From Pseudomonadales bacterium (GTDB taxonomy: Bacteria; Pseudomonadota; Gammaproteobacteria; Pseudomonadales; IMCC2047), in contig JBALXL010000005.1 of NCBI GenBank assembly GCA_036960805.1, positions 15,300 to 79,299 on the forward strand: a DNA stretch of 64,000 nucleotides. The letters are read 5' to 3'. The translations under genes were made by a program, and so were the position numbers. Shown here in pieces: positions 31,295 to 40,404 of this stretch. The notes under the pieces are model-generated. The model was not told the DNA's origin. It did no database searches and saw nothing but the letters and a program-made list of their open reading frames with translations. The number at the start of each line of letters is the position of its first letter. Position 1 is the stretch's first letter.

Positions 31295-31489
31295 ATGTCT
31301 TCAGTTCAAACTTCAATTTCTAAGTCTTCTACTTCTTTGGTAGCGACAACATCAACAGGTTGGTTAAGCACACTGACGGCTTTGGCCTTCGGTGCGATCT
31401 TAGTGTTTGCCGTAGGTTTCGCGCCTATGAGCGTTGCGCATAACGCCGCACACGACGTCCGCCACAGCATGGCATTTCCCTGCCACTAA
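31295..31489 (+). CDS. cbtB: Cobalt transporter subunit CbtB
   Basis: 64 aa from the ATG at 31295 (the track starts at GTG 31286). It has one TM helix and the C-terminal signature HNAAHDVRHSMAFPCH. Confidence 0.85.
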   Translation: MSSVQTSISKSSTSLVATTSTGWLSTLTALAFGAILVFAVGFAPMSVAHNAAHDVRHSMAFPCH

Positions 31490-31636
31490 GCCCTTAGGTT
31501 TCTGAGAAAGTCTTAGAGAGACTCAAGAACCCTCTCGATCGGATTTCACCAGAAGCTTCTGCGCGCTTTACATTTACCAGCCTGACATCAGGCTGGTTGT
31601 GCTATTTGTCTGATCTTGTTGAATTAGGATTTTGAG

Positions 31637-32395
31637 ATGCTTTTACGCGGTATTATCTATAGCTCCCTGTTGATTGGCTTGCTGGTTGGCCTGTTGTTGA
31701 CTGGGATGCAGTCTGTTGTTGTTAACCCTATTATTTTTGCTTCTGAAGCTTACGAAACCGAAGAGGTTGCACCTGTTGCAGCGGCTCCTCATGCGCATGA
31801 CCATGGCGCTCACGAACATAACGATGAAGCTTGGGCGCCGGCAGATGGCGCTGAGCGACTGTTCTATACAGCGCTGGCTAACGTGATTGCCAGCATTGGC
31901 TTCGCGGCGGTATTGCTGGCGTTGATGAGCCAGACCCAGCTGCAGGGTTGGACATCTTCTTCTTTAGGCAAAGGCGTGTTGTGGGGCTTGGCGGGTTTCA
32001 TCGCCTTTTTTGCTGCGCCCGGTATTGGTCTGCCACCGGAAATCCCCGGCATTGAAGCCGCGCCATTGGATAATCGCCAAGGCTGGTGGGCATTAACAGT
32101 CGTGATGTTTGTTGTTGGAATGGGTCTATTGGCTTTTGCTCCGCTGAAACTCAAGGCGGTTTCACTGGTATTTTTCGCGCTGCCCTATGTCATCGGTGCG
32201 CCGCATGGTGCTGGCCCTGAGTTCACGGGTGATGCTGCATCAGTTGCGGCACTGACTGATCTACATTCCACATTTATTATGGCTAGTGGTATCACCAACT
32301 TGGTGTTCTGGCTGGTGCTGGGTGCGTTCAGCGCCTGGTGCGTCAATCGCTGGGTTCTGAAAGGAGCCTCGGGTCATGCAGTCGCCCACGGCTAA
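31637..32395 (+). CDS. cbtA: Cobalt transporter subunit CbtA
   Basis: 252 aa with about five TM helices and a His-rich periplasmic loop (HAHDHGAHEHNDE). Paired with cbtB behind the B12 riboswitch. Confidence 0.85.
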   Translation: MLLRGIIYSSLLIGLLVGLLLTGMQSVVVNPIIFASEAYETEEVAPVAAAPHAHDHGAHEHNDEAWAPADGAERLFYTALANVIASIGFAAVLLALMSQTQLQGWTSSSLGKGVLWGLAGFIAFFAAPGIGLPPEIPGIEAAPLDNRQGWWALTVVMFVVGMGLLAFAPLKLKAVSLVFFALPYVIGAPHGAGPEFTGDAASVAALTDLHSTFIMASGITNLVFWLVLGAFSAWCVNRWVLKGASGHAVAHG

Positions 32396-34094
32396 TTCTG
32401 CCGCGCAGTTTCCCTTTGTTGCGGTTACTGGGCAGCAGTCCTTTAAGTTAGCGCTTATTCTTGCTGCCATTAACCCCAAGTTAGGCGGGGTGTTGATCAG
32501 CGGCCCGCGCGGTTGTGCAAAATCGACACTGGCACGCGGCATGGCCGATCTGTTGCCGGGCGGTACACATACTTTTGTAACCCTGCCATTGGGGGCCACC
32601 GAAGATATGTTGGTGGGCACACTCGATTTACAGCAGGTGTTGCAGGACAAAAATGTCGCCTTTCATCCTGGTCTTCTTTCAAAAGCTGATGGCGGCATTC
32701 TCTACGTCGATGAAGTAAATCTACTTAATGATCATTTGGTTGATTTGTTGCTGGATGTGGCCGTTAGTGGTGTGAACTGCGTTGAACGTGACGGTATCAG
32801 TCACTCACACGCGGCTAACTTCCTGTTAGTTGGCACCATGAATCCTGATGAAGGCGAACTGCGCCCACAGCTGCAGGATCGTTTTGGTCTGGCCGTGCAT
32901 CTGGATAATCAATACAGCCTCGAAGAGCGCGTTGAAATCGTGCGCCGTCGTGAGGCCTTTGATGTGGACCCTCAAGGTTACTGCTCACAATATTTAGCTG
33001 AACAAACAGAACTGTTAGCTGCGCTCGAAACGGCTCGTAACGCACTGCCGCAGGTGCAATGTTCCGATGCGCTGAGAATTGCCATTGCCGAGCGTTGCCA
33101 TGCTGCCGGTGTAGAGGGTTTGCGTGCCGATATCGTCTGGTATCGTGCAGCATTAGCGCATGCAGCCTGGTGTGAGCGCAATGATGTCAGCGAAGAGGAT
33201 TTGTCTGCGGTTGAAGAGCTAGTGTTGGCGCATCGTCGTAAAACACCGCCTTCATCATCGACGCCACCACCATCCTCAAATCGCCGACCTCCGCAGCAAC
33301 AGCCACGCAATGAGCAGGATAGTTCGTCAGAGCCAGAAACAGCGCAGGGCGAGTGGGGCTCGATGGCACCGCAGCAATTAAAAACAGCCGATGCGTTAAA
33401 TGCAGGTGTGCCGGTAGGTGCAATATCTCCGCAAACGGTTCGTTCTCAAACGCTAGATGCTGCCAGCTCAAGTGCATCAAAGGGCGCTAGCAGTGGTTCC
33501 GGTAAGCTGTCGCAAAAAGAAACACGCCGCCCGAACTGGTTCACCAGTCTGGTGAGTAGCGCCGGACAGTGGCCGCCTACCCAATTAAAAATGCGCAAAG
33601 CACGTAGCGGTCAGCCAGTGCTGCACTTTGTGCTGTTGGACACCTCGGCATCGACTCTGAAAAACAGCCTGTTTGCCAATGCCAAAGCGGCGATTATGGA
33701 AATTGCTGAGCAGGCCTACCGCTCCCGTGAACAACTAACGGTGTGGGGCTTTGGTAATCAACAGGTCGAAAACTTTTTGCCGCGCCGCCGTGCACCAAAA
33801 GCGTTACGCCAATTGCTCGATACCATTCCTGCTGGGGGTGGCACGCCGTTGCGTGAAGGCTTGCAACAGGCGGGCGATTACCTGCGACAAATAGCTAAAC
33901 AACATCCCGAGATGGCGATGCGCACTTATTTGATTACCGATGGCCGCAGTTCACAGCAGGTGGCGGATTTACGTTTACCGGGTGAATGCTTGCTGATCGA
34001 CATTGAAAGCTCGCCAGTTAAACGTGGCCGTGGTCAGGAGTTAGCGCGCGAACTGGCGGCTGATTATTTTTCACTTTCGCCAGCCCATGCGTAG
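32376..34094 (+). CDS. ChlD/BchD-architecture cobaltochelatase accessory subunit (ChlI-like AAA+ module, Pro/Ser linker, vWA/MIDAS domain)
   Basis: 572 aa. The N-terminus is very ChlI/BchI-like:
- FPFVAVTGQQSFKLAL
- GPRGCAKST
- ILYVDEVNLLNDHLVDLLLDVAVSG
- LRPQLQDRFGL
A PPSSSTPPPSS...QQQP linker follows. The C-terminal vWA domain carries the DTSAS MIDAS motif. The gene overlaps the cbtA end by 20 nt. Confidence 0.85.
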   Translation: MQSPTANSAAQFPFVAVTGQQSFKLALILAAINPKLGGVLISGPRGCAKSTLARGMADLLPGGTHTFVTLPLGATEDMLVGTLDLQQVLQDKNVAFHPGLLSKADGGILYVDEVNLLNDHLVDLLLDVAVSGVNCVERDGISHSHAANFLLVGTMNPDEGELRPQLQDRFGLAVHLDNQYSLEERVEIVRRREAFDVDPQGYCSQYLAEQTELLAALETARNALPQVQCSDALRIAIAERCHAAGVEGLRADIVWYRAALAHAAWCERNDVSEEDLSAVEELVLAHRRKTPPSSSTPPPSSNRRPPQQQPRNEQDSSSEPETAQGEWGSMAPQQLKTADALNAGVPVGAISPQTVRSQTLDAASSSASKGASSGSGKLSQKETRRPNWFTSLVSSAGQWPPTQLKMRKARSGQPVLHFVLLDTSASTLKNSLFANAKAAIMEIAEQAYRSREQLTVWGFGNQQVENFLPRRRAPKALRQLLDTIPAGGGTPLREGLQQAGDYLRQIAKQHPEMAMRTYLITDGRSSQQVADLRLPGECLLIDIESSPVKRGRGQELARELAADYFSLSPAHA

Positions 34095-34104
34095 GTAAGG
34101 TTTT

Positions 34105-34704
34105 ATGACGGATAAAAACGAAGCTCACAAAAAACGCGCCGCCTCCCGCAAAGCCGTGATCGATGCAAAGATAGCCAAATCTACCGAAGAGCGTGGCGTA
34201 CTGATTCTTTTGAAAGGTCCGGGCAAAGGTAAAAGCAGTTCAGCCTTTGGCACCATGGCGCGTTCAGTTGGACATGGTAAGAAATGCGCGGTGATTCAGT
34301 TCATCAAAGGGCGTTTGGAAACCGGCGAATACAAACTGTTTAAAGATCATCCGCTAATCGATTGGCACATTATGGGTCACGGTTTTACCTGGGAAACGCA
34401 GGATCGCGAGAAAGACATTGAAGCCGCGCAGCAGGCCTGGGCGCTGGCAGAACAGCTTTTGCAGGATGACAGCTACGATATGCTGGTATTTGATGAGATG
34501 AGCTACATGTTCAAATACGGTTATCTGGATGTGGAGCCGGTTGTTAAGGCTTTGGAAAACCGTCCACTCATGCAGAGTGTGATTATTACCGGCCGTACCA
34601 TGGCCGCGCCGCTGCAGGATGTTGCCGACACCATCAGTGTCATTCAGGATGAGCGTCATGCCTTCCGTCTAGGTGTTAAGGCGCAGGCAGGCATCGAATT
34701 CTAA
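34105..34704 (+). CDS. cobO: Cob(I)yrinic acid a,c-diamide adenosyltransferase (CobO/BtuR/CobA type)
   Basis: 199 aa with the P-loop-like GPGKGKSSSAFG motif and the DEMSYMFKYGYL region typical of CobO/BtuR. Confidence 0.92.
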   Translation: MTDKNEAHKKRAASRKAVIDAKIAKSTEERGVLILLKGPGKGKSSSAFGTMARSVGHGKKCAVIQFIKGRLETGEYKLFKDHPLIDWHIMGHGFTWETQDREKDIEAAQQAWALAEQLLQDDSYDMLVFDEMSYMFKYGYLDVEPVVKALENRPLMQSVIITGRTMAAPLQDVADTISVIQDERHAFRLGVKAQAGIEF

Positions 34705-36071
34705 TGACTGCTTCCTTGTCTGCAAGTTGCCCCGCTCTATTTATTGCCGCGCCGTCTTCCGGGCAGGGTAAAACAACAGTAACCGCTGCATTGGCGCGTT
34801 TTTTTGCCCGTCAGGGTAAAGACGTTCGTGTATTCAAAACCGGCCCTGATTACCTCGATCCGCAAATTCTCGCACAAGCCTCAGGCAAACATGTCGAGCA
34901 GTTGGATATGTGGATGGCTGGCGAAGCTTACTGCCAACAAAAGTTATATGAAGCGGCCAGAGAGGCTGACCTGATTCTGGTGGAAGGCGCGATGGGCTTG
35001 TTTGATGGCGAGCCCTCTAGTGCTGATCTCGCTTCACGATTTAATATTCCTGTTGCCCTGCTGATGGACGTGAAAGGCATGGCGCAGACTGCGGCGGCGA
35101 TTGCTATCGGCTTGGCTAACTTCCGTGATGACGTAAAGTTTGTCGGTTTGATTGCCAATAATTGTGGCTCGGAACGTCATGCCCAGCTAATTCGCGATTC
35201 ATTGCCTGACAGTCTTCCGCTGTTAAGTATTTTTCCGCGCGATGAAGCAGTGGCTCTGCCAGAGCGCCATTTGGGCTTGGTGCAGCCTTCCGAAGTTGGT
35301 GATGAGTTAGATGTTCGAATCAACAATGGCGCTGATCAGATAGGCGAGAGTCTTCAGCGCGAAGACAGTGGCATTGCTGAATTGCCAAAGCCCGTTGAGT
35401 TTTTCGCGGTGATGGAAGCTGCACCTGAACAAAGCGTCGATCTGAGTAAGGTTAAAATTGCCGTCGCCAAAGACGAAGCATTTACTTTTATTTATGACGC
35501 AAACATACGATTTTTGCGTGAGTTAGGCGCAGAAGTCAGCTTTTTCTCGCCATTAAGCGACAAAGCTCTGCCGGAAGCCGATGCATTGTGGTTTCCGGGT
35601 GGTTATCCAGAATTACATGCACAGCAGTTATCAAAAAATAGCAGCATGATTGCGTCTGTTCGTGATTTTTCAGCCACAGATAAGCCGATTTTGGCTGAAT
35701 GTGGCGGTTTCCTTTATTGCCTAGAAAGTCTGACTGATTTACAGGACGTCACTTATCCGATGGCAGGAATCTTAGCGGGCGAAGGCGCCATGCGCGGCAA
35801 GCGTGGCTGTCAGGGTATGCAAACAGCGCCATTGCCGGAAGGTGAGGTGCGTGCTCATGCTCACCATCGCTCACGCTCTAGCGGCACACCGGAGCCAATT
35901 GCTCATGGCCGACGCCAGCGACATCCTGCACCGGGTGAAGCAATCTTCCGAGAGCGTGGATTAACGGCTACCTACCTTCATTTGTTCTTCCCATCTAACC
36001 CAGAGGCCGTAGCGCAATTGTTTAAGCCCCAGCTAGGTAAAGAGCTGGGTCAAATGAAAGCGACGGGCTGA
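34704..36071 (+). CDS. cobB: (Hydrogeno)cobyrinic acid a,c-diamide synthase (CobB/CbiA)
   Basis: 455 aa with SGQGKTTVTAALAR, a GPDYLDP motif and a C-terminal glutamine amidotransferase domain (ECGGFLY). TAATG overlap with cobO. Confidence 0.92.
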   Translation: MTASLSASCPALFIAAPSSGQGKTTVTAALARFFARQGKDVRVFKTGPDYLDPQILAQASGKHVEQLDMWMAGEAYCQQKLYEAAREADLILVEGAMGLFDGEPSSADLASRFNIPVALLMDVKGMAQTAAAIAIGLANFRDDVKFVGLIANNCGSERHAQLIRDSLPDSLPLLSIFPRDEAVALPERHLGLVQPSEVGDELDVRINNGADQIGESLQREDSGIAELPKPVEFFAVMEAAPEQSVDLSKVKIAVAKDEAFTFIYDANIRFLRELGAEVSFFSPLSDKALPEADALWFPGGYPELHAQQLSKNSSMIASVRDFSATDKPILAECGGFLYCLESLTDLQDVTYPMAGILAGEGAMRGKRGCQGMQTAPLPEGEVRAHAHHRSRSSGTPEPIAHGRRQRHPAPGEAIFRERGLTATYLHLFFPSNPEAVAQLFKPQLGKELGQMKATG

Positions 36072-36082
36072 AGTAAAAGAAT

Positions 36083-37204
36083 ATGTGGCCGGAGAGCGAA
36101 GAAGAACCTCGCCCCTTACGTACCGGTCTGACCACTGGCTGCTGTGCCACGGCTTGTTGTGTCGCTACTGCGCATTTATTACTGGGCGAGCAACGCGTTG
36201 AAAATGCCACGGTGACCTTGCCAGAAAAACGCGGCAAGGCAGGTAAGCAGGTCGAGCTGGTAATCTGTGACTTACTTTTGAGTAGGGGAATTAGTGGCGA
36301 TTCGGCGCGCGCGGCAACGATTAAAGACGCAGGTGATGACCCAGACGTAACACACGGCGCCAAAGTGTTCGTTGATCTGGAGTTGATATCAGAGCAGGGC
36401 GTTCAGTTTAAAGCGGGTGACGGCGTGGGTACCGTGACTCGCGACGGTTTGGCATTAGCTGTAGGTGAGGCTGCGATTAATCCTGTGCCGCAAATGATGA
36501 TGCGACAACACCTTGAGGATATTGCCGCTAGCTACGGTTATCAGGGTGGCTTTGTAGTCAGCGTTGGCGTGGAAAAAGGCGCGGAACTGGCGCAGAAAAC
36601 CATGAACCCGCGCTTGGGTATTATGGGCGGTTTATCAATTTTAGGCACTACAGGTATTGTGCGGCCCTTTTCCTGTTCGGCCTATATTGCCTCGATTCAT
36701 CAGGGCATTGATGTGGCGCTGGCCAATGGTTTTCAGCATGTTGCTGCGACCACGGGCAATACCAGCGAAGAAGCGATTCGTACGTATTATGGCTTGCCTG
36801 AAATGGCGTTGATTGAAATGGGCGATTTTGCCGGTGCCGTGTTGAAGTATCTGAAACAAAAGCCGGTGCAGAAAGTCAGCCTGTGCGGCGGTTTTGGCAA
36901 ATTAAGCAAGTTGGCGAATGGTCATTTGGATTTACACAGCCGTGCTTCCAGCGTGGATTTTGAGCAGCTGGCCGGATTGGCAAAAGAAGCGGGTGCCGAT
37001 GAAACTTTGCAAGATTCGATCCGCCAGGCCAATACCAGCATGGAAGCGCTGAAGTTATGCCAGCAGCAGAATGTTGATCTAGCGGCCGGTGTCTGTGACG
37101 CGGCTTTACAACATGCACGGAAAATTGTGCCCGCTGAAGTCGAACTGGAAATATGGGCAGTTGATCGCAAGGGCCAGTTTATTGGCTCGGCGGGTGTGCA
37201 ATGA
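36083..37204 (+). CDS. cbiD: Cobalt-precorrin-5B (C1)-methyltransferase CbiD
   Basis: 373 aa with the [13 protein letters not shown] motif and the [13 protein letters not shown] region typical of CbiD. Confidence 0.9.
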   Translation: MWPESEEEPRPLRTGLTTGCCATACCVATAHLLLGEQRVENATVTLPEKRGKAGKQVELVICDLLLSRGISGDSARAATIKDAGDDPDVTHGAKVFVDLELISEQGVQFKAGDGVGTVTRDGLALAVGEAAINPVPQMMMRQHLEDIAASYGYQGGFVVSVGVEKGAELAQKTMNPRLGIMGGLSILGTTGIVRPFSCSAYIASIHQGIDVALANGFQHVAATTGNTSEEAIRTYYGLPEMALIEMGDFAGAVLKYLKQKPVQKVSLCGGFGKLSKLANGHLDLHSRASSVDFEQLAGLAKEAGADETLQDSIRQANTSMEALKLCQQQNVDLAAGVCDAALQHARKIVPAEVELEIWAVDRKGQFIGSAGVQ

Positions 37205-37968
37205 AGCTGTTATTGCTGGGTGGCACGGCGGATGCACGCCGATTAGCGAAACGATTCCTCTGCGATGAAGAGGGGCGAGATGATATTGAAATCGTCTACA
37301 GCGTAGCAGGACTGGTGCGTATGCCGGATGTTGATTGCGAAGTGATCAGTGGCGGTTTTAGCCAGTTTGGTGGTTTGCAGGCTTATCTTGAGCAGCAAAA
37401 GATTGATGCCGTATTAGATGCGACTCATCCCTACGCGGAGGCGATGACCTCCACGGCCTGGTCGGTAACGCAGCAGCTTGGTATGTCCTATTGGCGCTTT
37501 CATCGCGCTCCCTGGCAGGCGCAGGCTGGTGATAAATGGCAGATGTTTGCGGGTTGGCCGCAGTTACTTGCGGCGCTGACGGAGTTCAAGTCAGTTTTTC
37601 TGACTGCCGGTCAGATAAATGAATTGGCAGTGGCGACGTTTGCCAAATATGGTGAACAGAACCAGAAGCAATTGTTGCGAACAGCGGTGCAGCCAAAGCA
37701 TCCTCTGTCGGATTCGATGAGCTGGATTAAAGCCATCGGTCCCTTTGATTTAGAAAACGAACTGACGCTGATGAAACAGAATCAGGTAGATGTGCTGGTC
37801 AGTAAAAACAGTGGCGGTAAAGCCACCGAGGCCAAGCTGGAGGCGGCGCGTAATTTAGACATTCCTGTTATGATGCTGGCCCGTCCGGCATTACCTGATG
37901 GCATAACAGCTTTTGACCAAATTGATGCCTGTTCAGAACATATATTGAATTTTGGAAGCAAGAAGTGA
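37201..37968 (+). CDS. cobK: Precorrin-6A / cobalt-precorrin-6A reductase (CobK/CbiJ)
   Basis: 255 aa with [20 protein letters not shown] and VSKNSGG motifs. ATGA overlap with cbiD. Confidence 0.9.
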   Translation: MKLLLLGGTADARRLAKRFLCDEEGRDDIEIVYSVAGLVRMPDVDCEVISGGFSQFGGLQAYLEQQKIDAVLDATHPYAEAMTSTAWSVTQQLGMSYWRFHRAPWQAQAGDKWQMFAGWPQLLAALTEFKSVFLTAGQINELAVATFAKYGEQNQKQLLRTAVQPKHPLSDSMSWIKAIGPFDLENELTLMKQNQVDVLVSKNSGGKATEAKLEAARNLDIPVMMLARPALPDGITAFDQIDACSEHILNFGSKK

Positions 37969-38507
37969 GAGTATCGGTTTATATTGGAATCAGTTTAGAT
38001 GGTTATATCGCCCGGGCCGATGGCGATATTGACTGGTTAATGGCTGCTGATACATCTGATGGTTCGGATGATTATGGCTATAAGGCGTTTTCGGACAGTG
38101 TTGATTGTATGATCATGGGCCGGAACACTTTTGAAAAGGTGCTGAGCTTTCCCGAATGGCCTTATGTAGGTAAACGACTTATTGTTTTGAGCCGCACGTT
38201 AAAAGCGCTGCCCGTAGAACTTGAAGAGTGTGTGGTGTTGTATTCGGGGTCGATAATTGAATTGGTGAAGCAACTGGAAAATGAAGGCTGTCAGCGACTC
38301 TACATTGATGGTGGCGAAACCATTCAGTCGTTTTTGAATGAGGGTTTGATAACAGACCTGAGCATAACTCGAGTGCCGGTATTGTTAGGTGAAGGCTTGT
38401 CACTCTTTGGTAAAACTAAGCAGGACATTCAACTCAAACACATTTCCACAAAAACCTTCAAAAATGGTTTTGTGCAATCAATCTATGGCGTCGTAAATGA
38501 AGTTTGA
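37965..38507 (+). CDS. Dihydrofolate-reductase-family / RibD C-terminal-domain protein (function in this operon unknown)
   Basis: 180 aa with the family pattern SLDGYIA...DW, MGRNTFE, LIVLSR, YIDGGETIQSFL and ITRVPVLLGEGLSLF. GTGA overlap with the cobK stop and an 11-nt overlap with the cobH start. Confidence 0.8.
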   Translation: MRVSVYIGISLDGYIARADGDIDWLMAADTSDGSDDYGYKAFSDSVDCMIMGRNTFEKVLSFPEWPYVGKRLIVLSRTLKALPVELEECVVLYSGSIIELVKQLENEGCQRLYIDGGETIQSFLNEGLITDLSITRVPVLLGEGLSLFGKTKQDIQLKHISTKTFKNGFVQSIYGVVNEV

Positions 38508-39138
38508 ATACGAAATAAACCCACAGGCAATTGAAGCAGAGAGCTTCCGCCAGATTCGCGAGCTGACGCCGCTTGACGGTTTCAGCCGGGAACAACAGCA
38601 GGTGGTGATGCGTATGGTGCACAGCGTCGGCATGCCAGAGCTGTCGGCACAGGTACGTTTCAGTGCGAACGCCTGCGAGAATGGCTTGAAGGCATTGGCT
38701 GAAAACTGCCCGATTCTGTGCGATGCCGAAATGGTTAAGCAGGGCATTACCAAACGTATGATTCAATCGTTGCCGTTGTGTTACCTCAATGACGAACGCA
38801 CGCCCGAGTTAGCCAAAGAGCGTGGCGAAACCCGCTCAATGGCTGCCCTGCAACTTTGGCAGGAAAAATTAGCAGACAGTGTGGTGGTGATCGGTAATGC
38901 GCCAACGGCGTTGTTTCGGTTGCTGGAAATGATTGAGAAGGGCGCGGAAAAACCAGCGTTGATTATTGGTATCCCGGTGGGATTTGTAGGTGCTGCTGAA
39001 TCCAAACAGGCGCTGTGGGACGTACATGAAAAGCTGGGTGTGGAATGCATCACTCTGCTGGGTCGTCAGGGCGGTAGTGCAATTTCGGCGTCAGTCTGTA
39101 ACGCATTGTTGCGCTGCAATAAGGGCGAGTATTACTGA
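38497..39138 (+). CDS. cobH: Precorrin-8X methylmutase (CobH/CbiC)
   Basis: 213 aa with typical CobH sequence (NPQAIEAESF..IR, MVHSVGMPE, VVIGNAPTALF, IIGIPVGFVGAAESK). Confidence 0.93.
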   Translation: MKFEYEINPQAIEAESFRQIRELTPLDGFSREQQQVVMRMVHSVGMPELSAQVRFSANACENGLKALAENCPILCDAEMVKQGITKRMIQSLPLCYLNDERTPELAKERGETRSMAALQLWQEKLADSVVVIGNAPTALFRLLEMIEKGAEKPALIIGIPVGFVGAAESKQALWDVHEKLGVECITLLGRQGGSAISASVCNALLRCNKGEYY

Positions 39139-39139
39139 T

Positions 39140-40402
39140 ATGTCAGCCTTTAAAATTCACATCATCGGCCTGGGTGTTACCGACACGGCCGAGCTTTCAA
39201 AGGCTGCGACAAAGGCATTAGCGAGTTGTGAGCGTGTGCTGGGTTCGGCGCGTCAGCTGGAGGTTGTAGCCGGGCAGTTGTCAGGACAGCAAACCGAGCA
39301 ATTACCCGAGTTGAAGAATTTGCCCGTTTATCTGGCGGATTTGATTCGCGACGGCGTTTCTAGTCTGGCGCTGCTGGCTTCTGGTGATCCACTTTATTAC
39401 GGCATTGGTCGCTGGTTCAGCAAGAATTTTAGTGACCAGCAATTACATTTTTATCCGGCCGTTTCCAGCATTCAGATGGCGTGTCATCAGTTGGGCCTGT
39501 CGTTGCAGGATGTTGAGGTTTTAAGCCTCCACGGGCGTCCGCTGGAGAAAATTCGCAGCAAGTTGAAAGCGCGCCAAACGCTAGTGATTTTGACTGATAA
39601 AAACAGTTCGCCACAGGCACTGGCACGTGAATGCATCGCCGCCGGTTTTGATGAATCACAGCTGAGCGTGTGTGAAGCGCTGGGTTATCCGCAGCAGCGC
39701 ATCAGTCGTTATTCGGCTGATGAAATGCTGCATGTGAATATTGATTTTGACCCGCTGCACGTAACGGTGATTGAAACGCGCGGCGACGGCGGTGTGTTAC
39801 CGGAATTCCCTGGCATACCTGACGCCTCGTATGTTACTGACAAGGCGGATGGTCGGGGCATGCTGACTAAGCGCGATGTGCGACTGTCGATTTTGTCATT
39901 GATGCAGCCTGCCAACAATGAAGTGATTTGGGATATTGGCGCGGGTTGTGGCGGTGTCTCAGTTGAGTTGGCCTATTGGAATGAGACGACTCAAGTGGTT
40001 GCCATTGAGCATCACGATGAACGGTTGAAATGTTTGAATGCCAACCGTGACAAGTTTGGATTGATGGGTAATTTGACCGTTGTGCAGGGCCGCGCCCCCG
40101 AGGCGTTGGAGGAATTACCTGCGCCGGACAAAATCTTTATTGGCGGTAGCGATGGCAGTTTGCCGGAGTTGCTGGAGCAGTGCTGGTCCAAGTTGCCCGC
40201 GCAGGGCCTGTTAGTCGCGAGTGCAGTAACCGAGCAGAGCAAACAACAATTATTGGCGTTTTATCAGCAGCGCGAGACGGTGAGAGATAGCCGTAATGAA
40301 ACCTTACAGGTGGCGGTGAGCCATGGTACGCAATTGGCAGGACAGTTGGTCTATCGCCCCAGTTTGCCTGTGACGCTGTTTAAATTTAGTAAGAGAAAAT
40401 AA
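39140..40402 (+). CDS. cobL: Precorrin-6Y C5,15-methyltransferase (decarboxylating), CobL = CbiE+CbiT fusion
   Basis: 420 aa from the ATG at 39140 (TGATATG junction with cobH). It has an N-terminal tetrapyrrole methylase domain and a C-terminal class-I methyltransferase domain (WDIGAGCGGVSVE). The track ORF extends upstream into cobH. Confidence 0.92.
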   Translation: MSAFKIHIIGLGVTDTAELSKAATKALASCERVLGSARQLEVVAGQLSGQQTEQLPELKNLPVYLADLIRDGVSSLALLASGDPLYYGIGRWFSKNFSDQQLHFYPAVSSIQMACHQLGLSLQDVEVLSLHGRPLEKIRSKLKARQTLVILTDKNSSPQALARECIAAGFDESQLSVCEALGYPQQRISRYSADEMLHVNIDFDPLHVTVIETRGDGGVLPEFPGIPDASYVTDKADGRGMLTKRDVRLSILSLMQPANNEVIWDIGAGCGGVSVELAYWNETTQVVAIEHHDERLKCLNANRDKFGLMGNLTVVQGRAPEALEELPAPDKIFIGGSDGSLPELLEQCWSKLPAQGLLVASAVTEQSKQQLLAFYQQRETVRDSRNETLQVAVSHGTQLAGQLVYRPSLPVTLFKFSKRK

Positions 40403-40404
40403 GC

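Noticed and set aside
32376-34094. Interpretation of the 572-aa protein as an artefactual fusion of separate chlI and chlD genes
   Set aside because: The length and domain order (AAA+ module, Pro-rich linker, vWA domain) equal a normal ChlD/BchD subunit. The reading frame is continuous through the linker, with no sign of a lost stop or start.
38990-39139. 5' extension of the cobL ORF (the track start at 38990 would give 470 aa)
   Set aside because: The extension lies entirely inside cobH in another frame. The ATG at 39140 gives the conserved tetrapyrrole-methylase N-terminus (MSAFKIHIIGLGV) and a TGATATG junction.
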